Shown: piece by piece, positions 1 to 13,094 of the stretch | Layout: each line of letters starts with the position of its first letter | How positions within the stretch are numbered: position 1 is the stretch's first letter | Source: Octopus sinensis | Taxonomy: Eukaryota | Assembly: GCF_006345805.1 (NCBI RefSeq) | Contig: NW_021831880.1 | Span: 1-52,487, forward strand | Reading direction: 5' to 3' | Length of the DNA stretch: 52,487 nt | The notes under the pieces: model-generated | Databases searched by the model: none | Seen by the model: only the letters and a program-made list of their open reading frames with translations | Told to the model about the DNA's origin: nothing | Translations under genes and position numbers: made by a program

Positions 1-318
1 CCAAGTCTCCTGCTAAATGGCTTGGTTTAAAGAATTTGTCTTGTAATTCTTTCCTGTGACATTCTAATGACTTATTTTGGGACCCTAAATTATCAGATAT
101 TCTGCCCCCTACCCCCTCTCATTATTTCTATTCTTGATTTTGTTTGTGTTCTTTTTAGAGATTCCAGTTCAGAATCAACAACTAGGCATCTGCTTTTAAT
201 TTTCTGCAAATATGTTTTACAATGGCAAATAGCAGAGTCAGGTCCAACCTAAAAATGCTATTAAACTGCTATTAAACTCTTCAAAATTTTAAACCTTTAG
301 AAATCCCTCACATAGGTA

Positions 319-485
319 TAGGAGTGGCTGTGTGGTAAGTAGCTTGCTTACGAACCACATGGTTCCGGGTTCAGTCCCACTGCGTGGCACCTTGGGTAAG
401 TGTCTTCTACTATAGCCTCGGGCTGACCAAAGCCTTGTGAGTGGATTTGGTAGACGGAAACTGAAAGAAGCCCGTCGTATATATG

Positions 486-541
<56 letters not shown>

Positions 542-775
542 ATATATATGTATGTGCGTGTTTGTGTGTATATGTTTGTCCCCCCAACATCACTTGACAA
601 CAGATGCTGGTGTGTTTACATCCCCATAACTTAGCGGTTCGGCAAAAAAGAGACCGATAAAATAAGTACTAGGCTTACAAAGAATAAGTCCTGGGGTCGA
701 TTTGATCGACTAAAGGCGGTGCTCCAGCATGGCCAGAGTCATATGACTGAAACAAGTAAAAGAGTAAAGAGAGAG
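319..775 (+). mobile_element. tRNA-derived SINE family A with internal (TA)n/(TG)n; other copies at ~5897-6298(+), 14378-14773(-), 15029-15875(+, interrupted), 22178-22520(-), 45185-45585(-), 50170-50572(-)
   Basis: A-box-like TGGCTGTGTGG, B-box-like GGTTCAGTCCC, shared body and GAAACAAGTAAAAGAG tail in many copies. Confidence 0.88.
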
Positions 776-939
776 TATTTAATGATTTTCTAATTTGCTT
801 TTAGAAAGCTTCTAATTAGTAAAAAACAACATTTTGAGACATTTCAATTACCACTGATTTTTTCTCAGTGATCTAATTCATCCTTTTGATACCAACCTGC
901 CTAAGAACCCCACTCCCACCCCAAATTCTGTAGTACAAA

Positions 940-1300
940 CTAGCACTAACCCGGCGTTGCCGGGTCATAGTGCTGGTGCATGCATATACAGCTGCGTGCG
1001 TGCGCACATACACGCGAGTACTGTCCAAATCTCCGACCAATCACATACAGCTAGCTGGCATTCAATTGGCGTATCAAGTTTTGGGCATTTTGATTGGGTT
1101 TTGGATAGAAAATTCACCAAAAGTCACTTCTATTGATTTTTTAATGGTTTTGCGGTGTGGCTGGGGAAATGTAAAGATGTGCACGACCACCCTTGGACGG
1201 TTTTGAATGACCATAGAAAGTGCGAGCCCTCTAACTAAAAAATTGTGGATTTGTATAAAGGACATGCACACAGACATTTTGCCGTTTATATATATAGAGA
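940..1300 (-). mobile_element. Non-autonomous Helitron nested in a piggyBac-type MITE (~876-1455)
   Basis: Minus strand starts TC(TA)n and ends in a CCCGG...CCGGG hairpin + CTAG, between host A and T; flanks rejoin as in the uninterrupted MITE at 16623-16851. Confidence 0.8.
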
Positions 1301-1502
1301 TGTCTTGTTTTCAAAAATTCTGAATTAAAATCTTTCACTTAGTCTTAATTTATGTTCCTAACACTTACTTAAAAATAACAGTTAGTTTTGTTTTATTTAA
1401 AATTAATTGAAACAAACAAGATATCTCAACAGAAATATTGTAACGAAGGAGTTAATTAAATCCAATGTTTTATTCTGTATTTTCATTTTTTTTATTCTTT
1501 AG

Positions 1503-1625
1503 AACTATTTCATTTTGTCATCATCAATGGATAAAACCGTACGGCTATGGCATATATCACGACGAGAATGTTTATGTACTTTCCAGCACATTGACTTCGT
1601 TACAGCTATTGTCTTTCACCCTAAG
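1503..1625 (+). CDS. WDR44: WD repeat protein 44 (Rabphilin-11), internal coding exon (first in window; upstream exons outside window)
   Basis: AG at 1501-1502, GTGAGT at 1626; 123 nt, phase 0; [41 protein letters not shown], near-identical to the WDR44 sequence I recall. Confidence 0.96.
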
Positions 1626-1712
1626 GTGAGTCAGCTTGCAGCTAGGGTTCTATGCACTCCCTTTGATTACTATTTTATTCTGGTGAACCCCTATAGCCAT
1701 TTCAATGTTTAA

Positions 1713-2157
1713 CCCTTTAGCATTTAGATTGTTCTGCCAAATGTAAAGCTTATGTATTCACACCATGTAAAATTAATCTTGCATCATTTCATGGCTTTGA
1801 GATTTCAATGATGTGATTGTTTATTTTTAAAATGACACAATAAGGTAGCTATGAATGACTATATCTGACTAGTTTGAACACAAAACAGGTAGAATATTTT
1901 GGCCGGATATGGCCGGTTTAAATACTAAAGGGTTAACCCTTTAGCATTTAAACCAGCCATATCCGGCCAAAAGTATTCTGCCTGTTTTATGGTCAAACTG
2001 ACCAGATCTGGTCTCTCACACCAACCCTACAATATCGTTTTAAAAATTAACAGCTACCTCATCAAAATCTCATAGCTACAAAATAATGCATGATTAACTC
2101 AAAACAATGTGGATAAAAAAGGATTAACTTTGGCAGAATAATGCAAACACTAAAGGG
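1713..2157. mobile_element. Two piggyBac-type MITEs (1713-1932, 1937-2157) in opposite orientation sharing one TTAA; other copies at 4653-4869 and 22074+ (partial)
   Basis: TTAA|CCCTTTAG ... CTAAAGGG|TTAA termini. Confidence 0.85.
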
Positions 2158-2943
2158 TTAAAAACTAGTTTTATAGAAACTTCTTTAAAAGTTACTATTT
2201 CGTACCATACAATCAAGAAGATATCGTTTTTTTTTTTTCTTCAAACACAGTATTGCCATTAGAACACCAGAAAAGGCAGAAAAATGTGTCCACAAACAGC
2301 CATGTAAGGGTAATTTACCCAGAATATCTGGTGTTCTAATGGCAATTCTGTATTCCAAATTTTAAAAAGTCGTTTTGTTTGTATTGTACAATTCATATTT
2401 CGATGCTTCTAAAAGAACAAATGTTAGTTTCTTCATATTTATATAAATGTCCTATTTTGTTTTTCATGCATTAACTTGTATAGGTTGATCTATGTCAAAT
2501 GTTAGATAAAGAAACCTAGCTGTTTCTTGCAATACTTACCAAAACATACATCTAAAACCAAATTTTCTTCAGTGGCCCTTAAAATACTATTGTAGATCCC
2601 CAATTTACTATTTTGCTGTGTGGACCCACAAAAATTTTATATGGATCCCCCAGGGTCCATAAAAGACACACGCATGCACATTCACACATGCATACGCATG
2701 TACATGCACACGCATGTACATGCATACGCATGTACATGCATGTATTCACACACGTGTACAGTCATGTGTTCACATGTATACATGCACATATACAAGCACA
2801 CATATATGCACACCATGCGTATGCATGTAGACATATATGCATGTATGCACATGCACATATGCTCATATACACATGTACACATTGCAATCATTTCTCTCTC
2901 TTTGCTTTTTTTTTGCCTATTTACATTTATTTATCAATTACAG

Positions 2944-3135
2944 GATGACCGGTACTTTCTAAGTGGTTCCCTTGATGGCAAACTACGGTTATGGAATATA
3001 CCTGATAAAAAAGTGACTCTCTGGAATGAAGTGAGCAGTCCGTCTAATTTAATCACAACTGCTAACTTCTGTAATAATGGGAAATATGCAGTAGTTGGCA
3101 CTTATGATGGTAAATGCATATTTTTTACAACAGAG
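2944..3135 (+). CDS. WDR44: WDR44 coding exon
   Basis: CAG acceptor, GTAAG donor at 3136; 192 nt; DDRYFLSGSLDGKLRLWNIPDKKVTLWNEV...GTYDGKCIFFTTE. Confidence 0.96.
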
Positions 3136-4007
3136 GTAAGAACCGACTTTTTTGTTAACCCCTCTTTAATTATCGTCTAAAAGGTTTAAGGGTAAAAATC
3201 CCCTTTGGTCATGAATGACCATGGAATTACACTTAGAAAGTTCCCCTCTGAGGCACAAGTCTGGGCAAGGTTGCTTGTGGAAGACCAGCAGTCGCCCATG
3301 CAGACCTATTTCTTTATTACCCACAAGGGGCTAAACATAGAGGGGACAAACAAGGACAGACATAGGTATTAAGTCGATTACATTGACCCAGTGCGTAACT
3401 GGTACTTAATTTATCGACCCCGAAAGGATGAAAGGCAAAGTCGACCTCGGCGGAATTTGAACTCACACCGTAACGGCAGCCGAAATACCGCCAATGTTAT
3501 CCAAGAGAAATGCAAAGGGCGATACAACTTGACACCAGTGGCATCGCAACCCATTTCTGAACTGGAGCAATGTGAAATAAAATGTCTTGCTCAAGAACAC
3601 AATGCAAAGCCCAGTCCAGGAATCGAACTCACTACCTCATGATTGTGAGCCCAACGCTCTTACCACTGAGTCATGGGCCCTCACCAATTATCAACTAATG
3701 CTAAAATATATACATCAGCATTGTTTGAACATCCAGTTTCCTATGTTTGCACGGATTAGACAGAAATTAGTGAGGCAGATTATCTACTGCCAGATGCCCT
3801 TCCTGTCACCAGTCCTCACTTGTTTCAAAGCAAGTTAATATTTCCCCATGACCAGATATTGTTTTCAGAGAAGTTTGAAAATGAAGGATACTGCTCATAT
3901 GATTCTTGTATTTGCTTCAGTCATTTGACTGTGGCCATGCTGGAGCACTGCCTTTAGTCAAACAAATCAACCCCAGGACTTACTCTTTGTAAGCCTATTA
4001 CTTATTC

Positions 4008-4397
4008 AGAAACCTGGACGTTATCAAAGAAGCTTGAGAGGCGGTTGGATGGAATCTACACTCGCCTCCTTATGAGAGCTCAAAATCTCTCGTGGAAGCG
4101 TCATCCAACCAAAATGCAAATATATGGGAAAGTGCCACCTGTGTCATCTCTTGTGAAAGGTAGGAGAGTCCAGTTTGCTGGACATTGTTGTAGAGCTGAA
4201 AACGAGGCAATTTCTACTCTTCTCCTCTGGAAGCCATCTACTCGCAATACCAGAGGGCACACACTCTCCTACCCTGACGTAATCTCCAGGGATACAGGCA
4301 TCCAGCAACAGGACCTCCGTAATGCCATGATGGACCATGAAGTCTGGCGTAGCATGGTAAATTCCATTGACTCGACCACGGTCGAACAATGATGATA
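4008..4397 (+). mobile_element. 5'-truncated RTE-like LINE 3' end inserted into a SINE-A copy
   Basis: Open frame ETWTLSKKLERRLDGIYTRLLMRA...RRVQFAGHCCRA...WRSMV to stop at 4392, short (GAT)n tail, 11-bp TSD ATTACTTATTC (3997-4007/4398-4408). Confidence 0.85.
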
Positions 4398-5299
4398 ATT
4401 ACTTATTCTATCAGTCCACAGTGCTTTGGTTAGCCCAAGGCTGCAGTAGAAGATACTTAATCAAGGTGTCATGCAGTGGAATTGGAACCAGAACCATGTG
4501 GCTAAGAAGCAAGTTTCTTACCACACAGCCTCACATGCACCTATTTCTGTTACCTTTTTCAACCAAATAAATTCTACCTTAAATTACTTATACATCTACT
4601 TATTTTCCATTTATTATATTCGTAAAAGTTTTGCTAGCTCAAAGGTTTTAACTCTTTAGTATTTAAACCAGCCTCATCTGGCCAAAATATTCCACCTGTT
4701 TTATTCCACCCAACCAGATCCTGCCTCTCATACCTACCCTACAATGGCATTCTAAAAATAATGAATTATCTCATTGAAATCTCATAGCTACAAGATAATA
4801 CACGATTAATTTAAAACAATGTAAATAAATAAACATTACATCCGACAGAGTAATCTGATTGCTAAAGGGTTAAATACCAAATTTATTATACAAGATCCCC
4901 GCCTGCAATGCCCCCTCCCCTCTCAAAGATTCCTTGTGTTGCAAGTTATTCGGTGACCCTGCCAGTGCTGGTGCCCCGTAAAAAGCATTGCTTGTGCTGG
5001 CACCACGTAAAATGCACTCAGTCCACTCTGTAGGGTGACTGGTGCTAGGAAGGGCATCCAGCCGTAAAAGCCATACCAAAACAGACATAGAAGTCTGGTG
5101 TAGTTTTCTGCTTGGCTGGATCCTGTCAAATCATCCAACCCATACCAGCATGGAAGGAGGGTGTTTAATGATGGTGAGGATGATCAATATCATGATCATG
5201 AGTTCAAAAGAGAACTTTGATTTTCAGTTATAATTTTAGTCAACATCTCTCTAATGTGTTTTGTCGTTGCTAGCCCAAAACATACTTAGCTGTAAAATA

Positions 5300-5623
5300 C
5301 ATGCTGTCTATGGCACGTAAAAAGCACCATCCGTTCGTGGCCATTGCCAGCCTCACCTGGCCCCCATGCCGGTGGCACGTAAAAACACCATCCGATCGTG
5401 GCCGTTTGCCAGCCTCGTCTGGCACCTGTGCCAGTGGCATGTAAAAAGCACCCACTACACTCATGGAGTGGTTGGCGTTAGGAAGGGCATCCGGCCGTAG
5501 AAACATTGCCAGATCAGACTGGGCCTGGTGCAGCCTTCTGGCTTCCCAGACCCCAGCTGAACCGTCCAACCCATGCTAGCATGGAAAGCGGACGCTAAAC
5601 GATGATGATGATGATGATGATGA
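5300..5623 (+). mobile_element. RTE LINE 3'-UTR fragment (GGCACGTAAAAAGCACC repeats, (GAT)n tail); also at ~4960-5200, 8640-8790(-), 19808-19977(-), 22672-22900(-), 24935-25145, 34525-34735(-)
   Basis: Same sequence forms the 3' UTR of the RTE remnant at 10509-11645. Confidence 0.75.
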
Positions 5624-6334
5624 ATACATTTGTCCGTGTACAGTCTACTTTGAATTTTACACCAAATAACGACTTTGGTTATTTATTTTGGTTATTTATT
5701 CACTGTCACACTTGAATGATCAGCATGGCTGATGATTTCCAGCAACATAAGACAAAGAACCAATTAGTCGGACAGCATTAAAACCAATAGAAATGTCATC
5801 ATCATTTTATAATTTTTTTGGTTTCCTCATCAATCAACTTGCTTCCATGCTGTTAGAATTATTCAAAACACTTTTAGTTACATAATTAACAAAATAGGCG
5901 TAGGAGTGGCTGTGTGGTAAGTAGCTTGCTTACCAACCACATGGTTCCGGGTTCAGTCCCACTGTGTGGCAATTTGGGCAAGTGTCTTCTACTATAGCCT
6001 TGGCCAAACCAAAGCCTTGTGAGTGGATTTAGTAGATGGAAACTGAAAGAAACCTGTTGTATATATGTATATATATATATGTATTTATGTGTTTGTATAT
6101 GTTTGTGTGTCTGTGTTTGTCCCTCCAACAATCAATGGTGGTGTATTTACGCCCCTGTAACTTAGCGGTTCGGCAAAAGAGACTGATAGAATAAGTACTA
6201 GGCTTACAAAGAATAAATCCTGGGGTTGATTTGCTCGACTAAAGGTGGTGCTCCAGCATGGCCACAGTCAAATGACTGAAACAAGTAAAAGAGTAAAATA
6301 TTGACATAAAAACTTGCTGGTATTCAAACCAATA

Positions 6335-6569
6335 AGGCGGCGAGCTGGCAGAAACGTTAGCATGCCGGGCGAAATGTTTAGCAGTATTTCGTCTGCAGTT
6401 ACGTTGTGAGTTCAAATTCCGCCGAGGTCGACTTTGCCTTTCATCCTTTCAGGGTCGATTAAATAAGTACCAGTTACGCACTGGGGTCGAAGTAATCGAC
6501 TTAATACCTATGTCTGTCCTTGTTTGTCCCCTCTATGTTTAGCCCCCCTGTGGGTAATAAAGAAATAGA
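6335..6569 (+). mobile_element. SINE family B; also at 3305-3492(-), 10844-11071(-), ~46455-46681, ~51451-51678
   Basis: GAGCTGGCAGAA...GAGTTCAAATTCC head, AATAAAGAAATAG tail; 14-bp TSD TATTCAAACCAATA (6321-6334/6570-6583); TSDs also at other copies. Confidence 0.88.
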
Positions 6570-6703
6570 TATTCAAACCAATAGCAATAAGTTTATTGTG
6601 ATTGCAAATGGAGAGCACTATTATCATCTTGATCTTGATCTTTCAGTTTATCAGTATTGATTTTTCTGTATATTTTTCTTTTTTTTCATTTTTTTCATTT
6701 TAG

Positions 6704-6805
6704 CAACTAAAATATTCTACTCAGATCCATGTTCGATCAACGAGAGGTAAAAATGCAAAAGGCAGAAAAGTGACCGGTATAGAACCACTGCATGGCGAAG
6801 ATAAG
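6704..6805 (+). CDS. WDR44: WDR44 coding exon (absent from ORF track)
   Basis: Polypyrimidine tract + TAG, GTAGG donor; 102 nt; QLKYSTQIHVRSTRGKNAKGRKVTGIEPLHGEDK. Confidence 0.95.
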
Positions 6806-8359
6806 GTAGGAAATCGTTTTAAAAGTCCATGTTTATTCGTCTTTCTTTATATTTTCATCTGTTTATCTGTGGAACATTGATTTAAAGAGAAACCCTAATT
6901 TGGGACTATTAAATATTTCATGAAGAATTCAGTGTAGCAGGGTTTTACTATCCCAGGGTGTGAATTGTTAAAAAAGTAAATTAAATCCCTTGGATATTAC
7001 TGCCTCAGGTCTTATGACTCATCAGGTTGACCACCTGGGTTCCATGGCGTATAAGTAACCAAGATCGCAATATTCCCCTTGGATGGGTCACCAGTCCATT
7101 GCAGGGTTACTCTTTCACAGCTGAGTGAACTGGAGCAACATGAAATGAAGTGTTTTGCTCAAGAACACAATGCACCTCTGGGTCTGGAGATTGAAACCAA
7201 GACCTTACAATCACGAGTGCAACAATGTAGCCACTTGGCCACATGCCTTCACCCACCAGGGACAAAATGCCATAAATTTGACCAGATCTAAATTGCTGTC
7301 TATATCTTACCACCATGCAATATTGCATTTGCACACCCCTCATACTGTCCGCCTTTTGCACCTACAGAGAAACTCTTTGATTCCTGTAAAGTCTTCAGAT
7401 CTCTTAACTTTTATTTTCTTACTCTAGTTAATATACTTTCTCTAAAACTACCAACACCATTTAGATGACTTTGGTAATAAAAGCAATCTACTATTTATGA
7501 AAAGCTCATGGACTTCATTTCACAAGTGACTAACCACTGCTGTGTGTGTATCACATTTAAAGTCTTAATTCTCTGTCGATTTACCAGAGATCACGCTGCA
7601 TCTTTCAGGTACTCATCATTTTCACTGAATTCCAATTATTAAATACTTACTTCTTTGCCCACTCTTTAATCAATTCCACTCACCAGATGGCACTAGAATT
7701 TTGTATTGTCTTTTACTAACATTTTGGTCATTGCCATGTTGACCTTAATACCATTGGTCTCTCAGACTTAGAACCTTTTCTGAAGCTCTTTGCCAAATTC
7801 TCCAGTGTCATCAGCATTTAAACTTATGGAAGACATCTGCTCTTGAATTCTTGTGTTTATAGCTTCAAAATTTCTAATTAATAGATTGGGTAATCATCGT
7901 TATCAATTAATGTCCATGTTCCATACTGGTAAGGGTTGGACAGTTTGACAGTGTGTACTTGATGCTTTTCTCATGCAACTAGCACTATTGAGGTCACAAA
8001 TGCTACAAAACCCGAGTGGGGTGGGGATTTATGCTAGGAGATGAGAACCAAAGTATGAGAAGATGGGGGTAGAAGAGGTTCATGTTGTAGGGGAGGCTAC
8101 TTGGCTAAACACATTTAGGAAAGAGAGACGGAAAATGAATCCATAGATGCTGTGGAGAGATATATAATGGTGATGAGGCGTCCAGGTGGTGCCTCAAAGT
8201 ATGAAGTGAGAACAGAATTCCAGTGAATGCTTACTCAAAACGCTCTTACAAGCTGTTCATCTCTACTGAGTTTTTTTAATGCCCAGCAGTCTATATTGAT
8301 GACGTTACTGTCATCACTTCTAGTGAGAGACTCTGAAGGAAAAGCCTCATAGAACTATG

Positions 8360-8500
8360 GAGCCACGTGGTTTAGTGGTTAGTGTATTGAACTCATGATC
8401 ATAAGATTGTGGTTTCGATTCCTGGACTGGGCAATGCATTGTATTCTTGAGCAAAACACTCCACCTCACCTTGCTCCAGTCCATTCAGCTGGCAAAAATG
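8360..8500 (+). mobile_element. tRNA-derived SINE family D; also at ~3555-3680(-), 7115-7245(-), 18596-18810, 23606-23750(-), 35910-36049
   Basis: TGGTTTAGTGG A-box, GGTTTCGATTCC B-box, shared CTTGAGCAA(A/G)ACACTT...TTGCTCCAGT body. Confidence 0.7.
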
Positions 8501-9961
8501 AGTAATCCTGCCACAGACCGGCGTCCCAGCCAAGTGGGGAATATATATATGCCATGAAACCGGGAAACTGGCCCTTGTGATTCTATATGCCTCAAGAAGA
8601 TAACTTTACCATTACCTTGTAGAACTACTTAATTTACTCCACCTCATCATCTAACGTCTGTTTTCCATGCTGGCATGGGTTGGACAGCTTGACAGGAACT
8701 GGCAAGGCCAGGGGCCACACCAGGTTCCATTGTCTGTTTTTGGCATGGTTTCTACAGCTGGATGCTCCTCCTAATGCCAACCACTTATGTGGCACCAACA
8801 CCAACAGGGGCACCAAGTATCTTGCAAAACAAAAACCACTCAACTGGGAGCGGGGAGTTGTATTGAGATGGTATGGCTTTGTGCCAGTTGAAAGGTTAAA
8901 GGTATAGAAGGGACAGAGGTAGGTGTCTTGCTGAAGAGTAGGTACATGGCTACTCCAAGTGGAAAGGAAAGGAAAGGAGAGTGAGTTGGAGAGTAAGATA
9001 AAGGGAGCAATAGTGAGAGATATGATATTGAAGATGTGTCAGAACATGCCCTCAAGTGACATTAGGGGTGGTGAGAATATATAGGTGAGGTGATACGGAG
9101 GTTTAAACTAAGGGAGTGGGCAGGTTAGAGGGGACTGTAGCAAATGATGGAGAGAAATAGAGGAGAGGTTCAGGGATGGAGGTTGCAGTAGATATGTGAG
9201 GGTATTACTCATCATTCTTAGAAATCATGGCTACTGTTAGATGAAATGTTAAATGTCTTATGTTAATTATTCTGTCAGTTCTTCTGATTGCCTCGTTTAC
9301 ATCCTCCTCAATAATTCTCTAATTAACCCAAACCCTGACTTTGCACTACACATCCCACGGTTCTTACTTGTCCAGAACAATGTGTTTTCTTTTTCTTCGG
9401 CCTCTTAACAATTTGACTGAAACCCCCCTCTCCATCTCTCTTCTTATACCGACACGCAACAGCCACATCTACTCCGCCTCACTTTAACATCTCGCCTATG
9501 TCCCTGAACCAATAACGGTCATAGCAGAACTGAAATTAAGGAGATTTAAAGAAGAGAATTTGTTGCTGGTGATCGTGGAACTGTTTGATGGTTGTTGAGA
9601 AATGCTGCCACTTGAAACCACCACCCCTACCATATTCACTACTAATTTACCACCAAGTCTTAGGCTTATTTATAAACGCAACCTGTTATGATTAAATGCA
9701 TCTTATTATTGCATGATTGATTGAGTAGCTTTTTGTAATTCAGTGACCTTTATTGTGAAACACTGATTCATTGTTAATCAAACAATCAACAAATTAATTG
9801 GTTAAATAGTTAACAAACTGATGAATAATAAAGAAGTGAAAATAAGACCAATTCAAGAGGATCATTATGACCCTCCTGAGATAAAACAAAAACTGTCAAA
9901 GAAGCCTGGGTGAATTTATTAGGCCACATAACTTGAAACTTTTGAATAGGACTAAAGGCTT

Positions 9962-10001
<40 letters not shown>

Positions 10002-10025
10002 GTTACAATTTTCATTTTATTTCAG

Positions 10026-10141
10026 ATTCTTGTCACCACAAACGATTCTAGAATTCGGCTTTATGACTTGAGGGATCTAACACTTACCTGTAAATATAAA
10101 GGTGGAACGAACAACAGCAGCCAAATCAAAGCGAGCTTTAG
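10026..10141 (+). CDS. WDR44: WDR44 coding exon
   Basis: TTCAG acceptor, GTAAG donor; 116 nt ending phase 2; ILVTTNDSRIRLYDLRDLTLTCKYKGGTNNSSQIKASF. Confidence 0.95.
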
Positions 10142-10508
10142 GTAAGGGGCAGTCATTTACAATATATGTATATGTATGTATGTGTGTGTGTGTGTATGTG
10201 TGTGTGTGTAGACTGCACCAGGTTCCAGTCTGATTTGGCATGGTTTCTACAGCTGGATGCTATCATCCACACACCTACATATTACAGATGCATGCACTTA
10301 CACACGCACACATCCACACATCAGCCCTTATCCACATGCACACACACACACTCTCACATACACACACATGCACCTTCATTTTGGGATCACCAGTACTTTA
10401 TTATCTCCTCTTCTCCCTCTCTCTTTTTTAACTACCTCTGTCCAACCATTCACCATGATTGACCACTAAATCCACAAGTTTTTTTTTATTCTCTCTATTT
10501 GTTTCTGT

Positions 10509-11645
10509 AAGCGCCCTGAGAGAAAAGTTAGACTTAAGAAGCATCAGATGTGGTGTGCAAGAGAGATGACTATGCTGGTATGGTCATGTGTTGTGAATGG
10601 ATGAGGACAGCTGTGTGAAAAAGTGTCACACCCTAGCAGTTGAGGGAACCTGTGGAAGAAGCATATCCTGGAAGACCTGGGATGAGGTGGTGAGGCATGA
10701 CCTTCGAATATTCAGCATCACCTAGGCAATGACAAGTGACTGAGACCTTTGGAGATATGCTGTGCTTGAGAAGACCTAGCAAGGCAAGTGAGACCATAAC
10801 CATGGCCTATGCCAGTGCTGCATAACCAGCCCACTTAAGAGTACCTATTTCTTTACTACCCACAAGGGGCTAAACACAGAGAGGACAAACAAGGACAGAC
10901 AAACGGATTAAGTTGATTATATCAACCCCAGTGCGTAACAGGTAATTATTTAATTGACCCCGAAAGGATGGAAGGCAAAGTTGACCTCGGCGGAATTTGA
11001 ACTCAGAATGTAGCGGCAGACGAAATACCGCTAAGCATTTCACCCAGCGTGCTAACATTTCTGCCAGCTCACCCACTTAAGAGCACCCTTCAATCATTGG
11101 GCAATAAACTGCGCTTGTGAAGACCTATTGAAGCAAGTGAAATCGTTGTCATGGCCGATGACAATACTGCCTGATTGGCCCCCATGCCAGTGGAATATTA
11201 AAAACACCATTCAAGTGTGATTGTTGCCAGGGCCGCCTGGCTGGCTCCCATGCCGGTGGCACGTAAAATGGCATTATTCGAGCGTGGTCATTTCCAGCAT
11301 CGCCTGACTGGCTTCTGTGCTAGTGGCATGTAAAAAATACCATTTGAGCATGGTTGTTGCCAGTACCGCCTGACTGGCTCCTGTGCAGGTGGCACATAAA
11401 AGCCACCATTTGATCATGGTCGATGCCAGTACCACCCGGCTGGCCCTTGTGCCGGTGGCACGTAAAGGCACCCACTACACTCTCAGAGTGGTTGATGTTA
11501 GGAAGGGCATCCAGCTGTGGAAACTTTGCTAGATCAGATTGGAACCTGGTGCAGCCTTCGGGCTTGCCAGCCCTCAGTCAAACTGTCCAACTCATGCCAG
11601 TATGGAAAGCAGATGTTAAACGACAATGATAATGATGATAATGAT
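10509..11645 (+). mobile_element. Degenerate RTE LINE 3' end (ORF C-terminus + 3' UTR), with a SINE-B nested inside
   Basis: Translates to LREKLDLRSIRCGVQER*LCWYGHVL*MDEDSCVKK...KTWDEVVRHDL with stops; (GAT)n-like tail. Confidence 0.78.
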
Positions 11646-11682
11646 CTATATGTATATCTAAATATATATAATATATATATTA

Positions 11683-11961
11683 TGGCCCAGTGGTTAGGGC
11701 AGCAGACTTGCGGATGTAGGATCGCGGTTTCGATTCCCAGGCCGGGCGTTGTGAGTGTTTATTGAGCAAAAACACCTAAAAGCTCCACGAGGCTCCGGCA
11801 GGGGGTGGTGATCCCTGCTGTACTCTTTCACCACTCTTTCTTCTGTTGGCCTGCTCGCTTAGCCAGCGGGGTGGCATCATTCGAAGGCTAAAACAATGCG
11901 AACGCATTGTGACCAGCGATGTGTAACATCTGATGGTCTGGTCGGTCACGTGATCACGTGA
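11683..11961 (+). mobile_element. tRNA-derived SINE family C; also at ~14007-14210, 25330-25615(-), 34058-34339
   Basis: TGGCCCAGTGG / GGTTTCGATTCCC boxes, shared body ending GGTCACGTGATCACGTGA. Confidence 0.8.
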
Positions 11962-11996
11962 TATATATATATATATAACAAATAATAGAGACAGAA

Positions 11997-12170
11997 ATGT
12001 GGGTCTCCCAGAACGTTCATCAATATCGACATTTTTCAGCCATCTTGGAAACGTCTGAACCACTCGTACACTTGTGTGTGGCTCGTACACTTCTCTCTAT
12101 ACACTTTCTGCAACTTTGCGCGGGCCTCTGAGCTGGTATAACCATGACAACTTTCTCTGTCATGGTCAAT
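11997..12170 (-). pseudogene. Mariner transposase N-terminal HTH fragment
   Basis: LQKVYREKCTSHTQVYEWFRRFQDG*KNVDIDERSGRPT. Confidence 0.75.
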
Positions 12171-13094
12171 GCGATGATCACACACTACACATCTTCCTTC
12201 CAAGCACTGCCGTAAACAGCAGAAGTGAACTAGAACATTAAAACTCAATGCGCATGCACAGCAGAGTTTCAGGTCAATCTTTGCTGAGTGGCTTCATTCT
12301 GCATGCTTTTAGCTTCATTACTATGGCAACAGTTCAGATACTTATTGATCAAACCTCATACATGTATAAATATTTACCTTTGACTCTATTTTACGCATTC
12401 TACATGCATTACATGTGCTACCTGTATGGTATATATACCTTCTTAAATGTTTACATTTGATATTATCATATGCATTCTATATATACTACATTTACTACTT
12501 ATATTATATATATGGATATACATGTGTGTGTGTGTGTGTGTATGATATATATATATAGACTATATCTCTTTCCTTATATATGTCCTGAAAACTCCTCACA
12601 GCCTTGGCTTTGTTATCTCTTTTGTCCAATATATATATATTATATGCATTCTATATACATTCCATGTACTACCTATTTATATATATATGAGATCTGTTTA
12701 AATATTTACCTTTAAATATGTTTTATCTATCTATCTGTCTGTCTATGTCTTTCTTCTGGCCGTTTCATCATGTTGAACCATTAATCCCTACACACTTTTT
12801 TCTCTCTCCATTTTTTCCCCTCTCAATCCTTCCTGTTAAAGAGGGTAGGCTCGAAACGTCAAAGATTTTTCCATTCTTCCTGAACATTAAACTAATACAG
12901 TTCTATATTTAAGAGATGAGGAATTACGTACATTATTTACATTTGATGGATATTTGTCCTCATCTTGTTTGTTGTTAACACAATGTTTCGGCTGATATAC
13001 CTTCCAGCTTTCATCAGGTATTTTGGGGAAATTATCAGCCAAAACGTTGTGTTAACAACAAACAAGATGAGGACAAATATCCATCAAATGTAAA

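Noticed and set aside
319-400. tRNA genes at SINE heads
   Set aside because: A/B boxes run directly into repeated SINE bodies; no convincing cloverleaf
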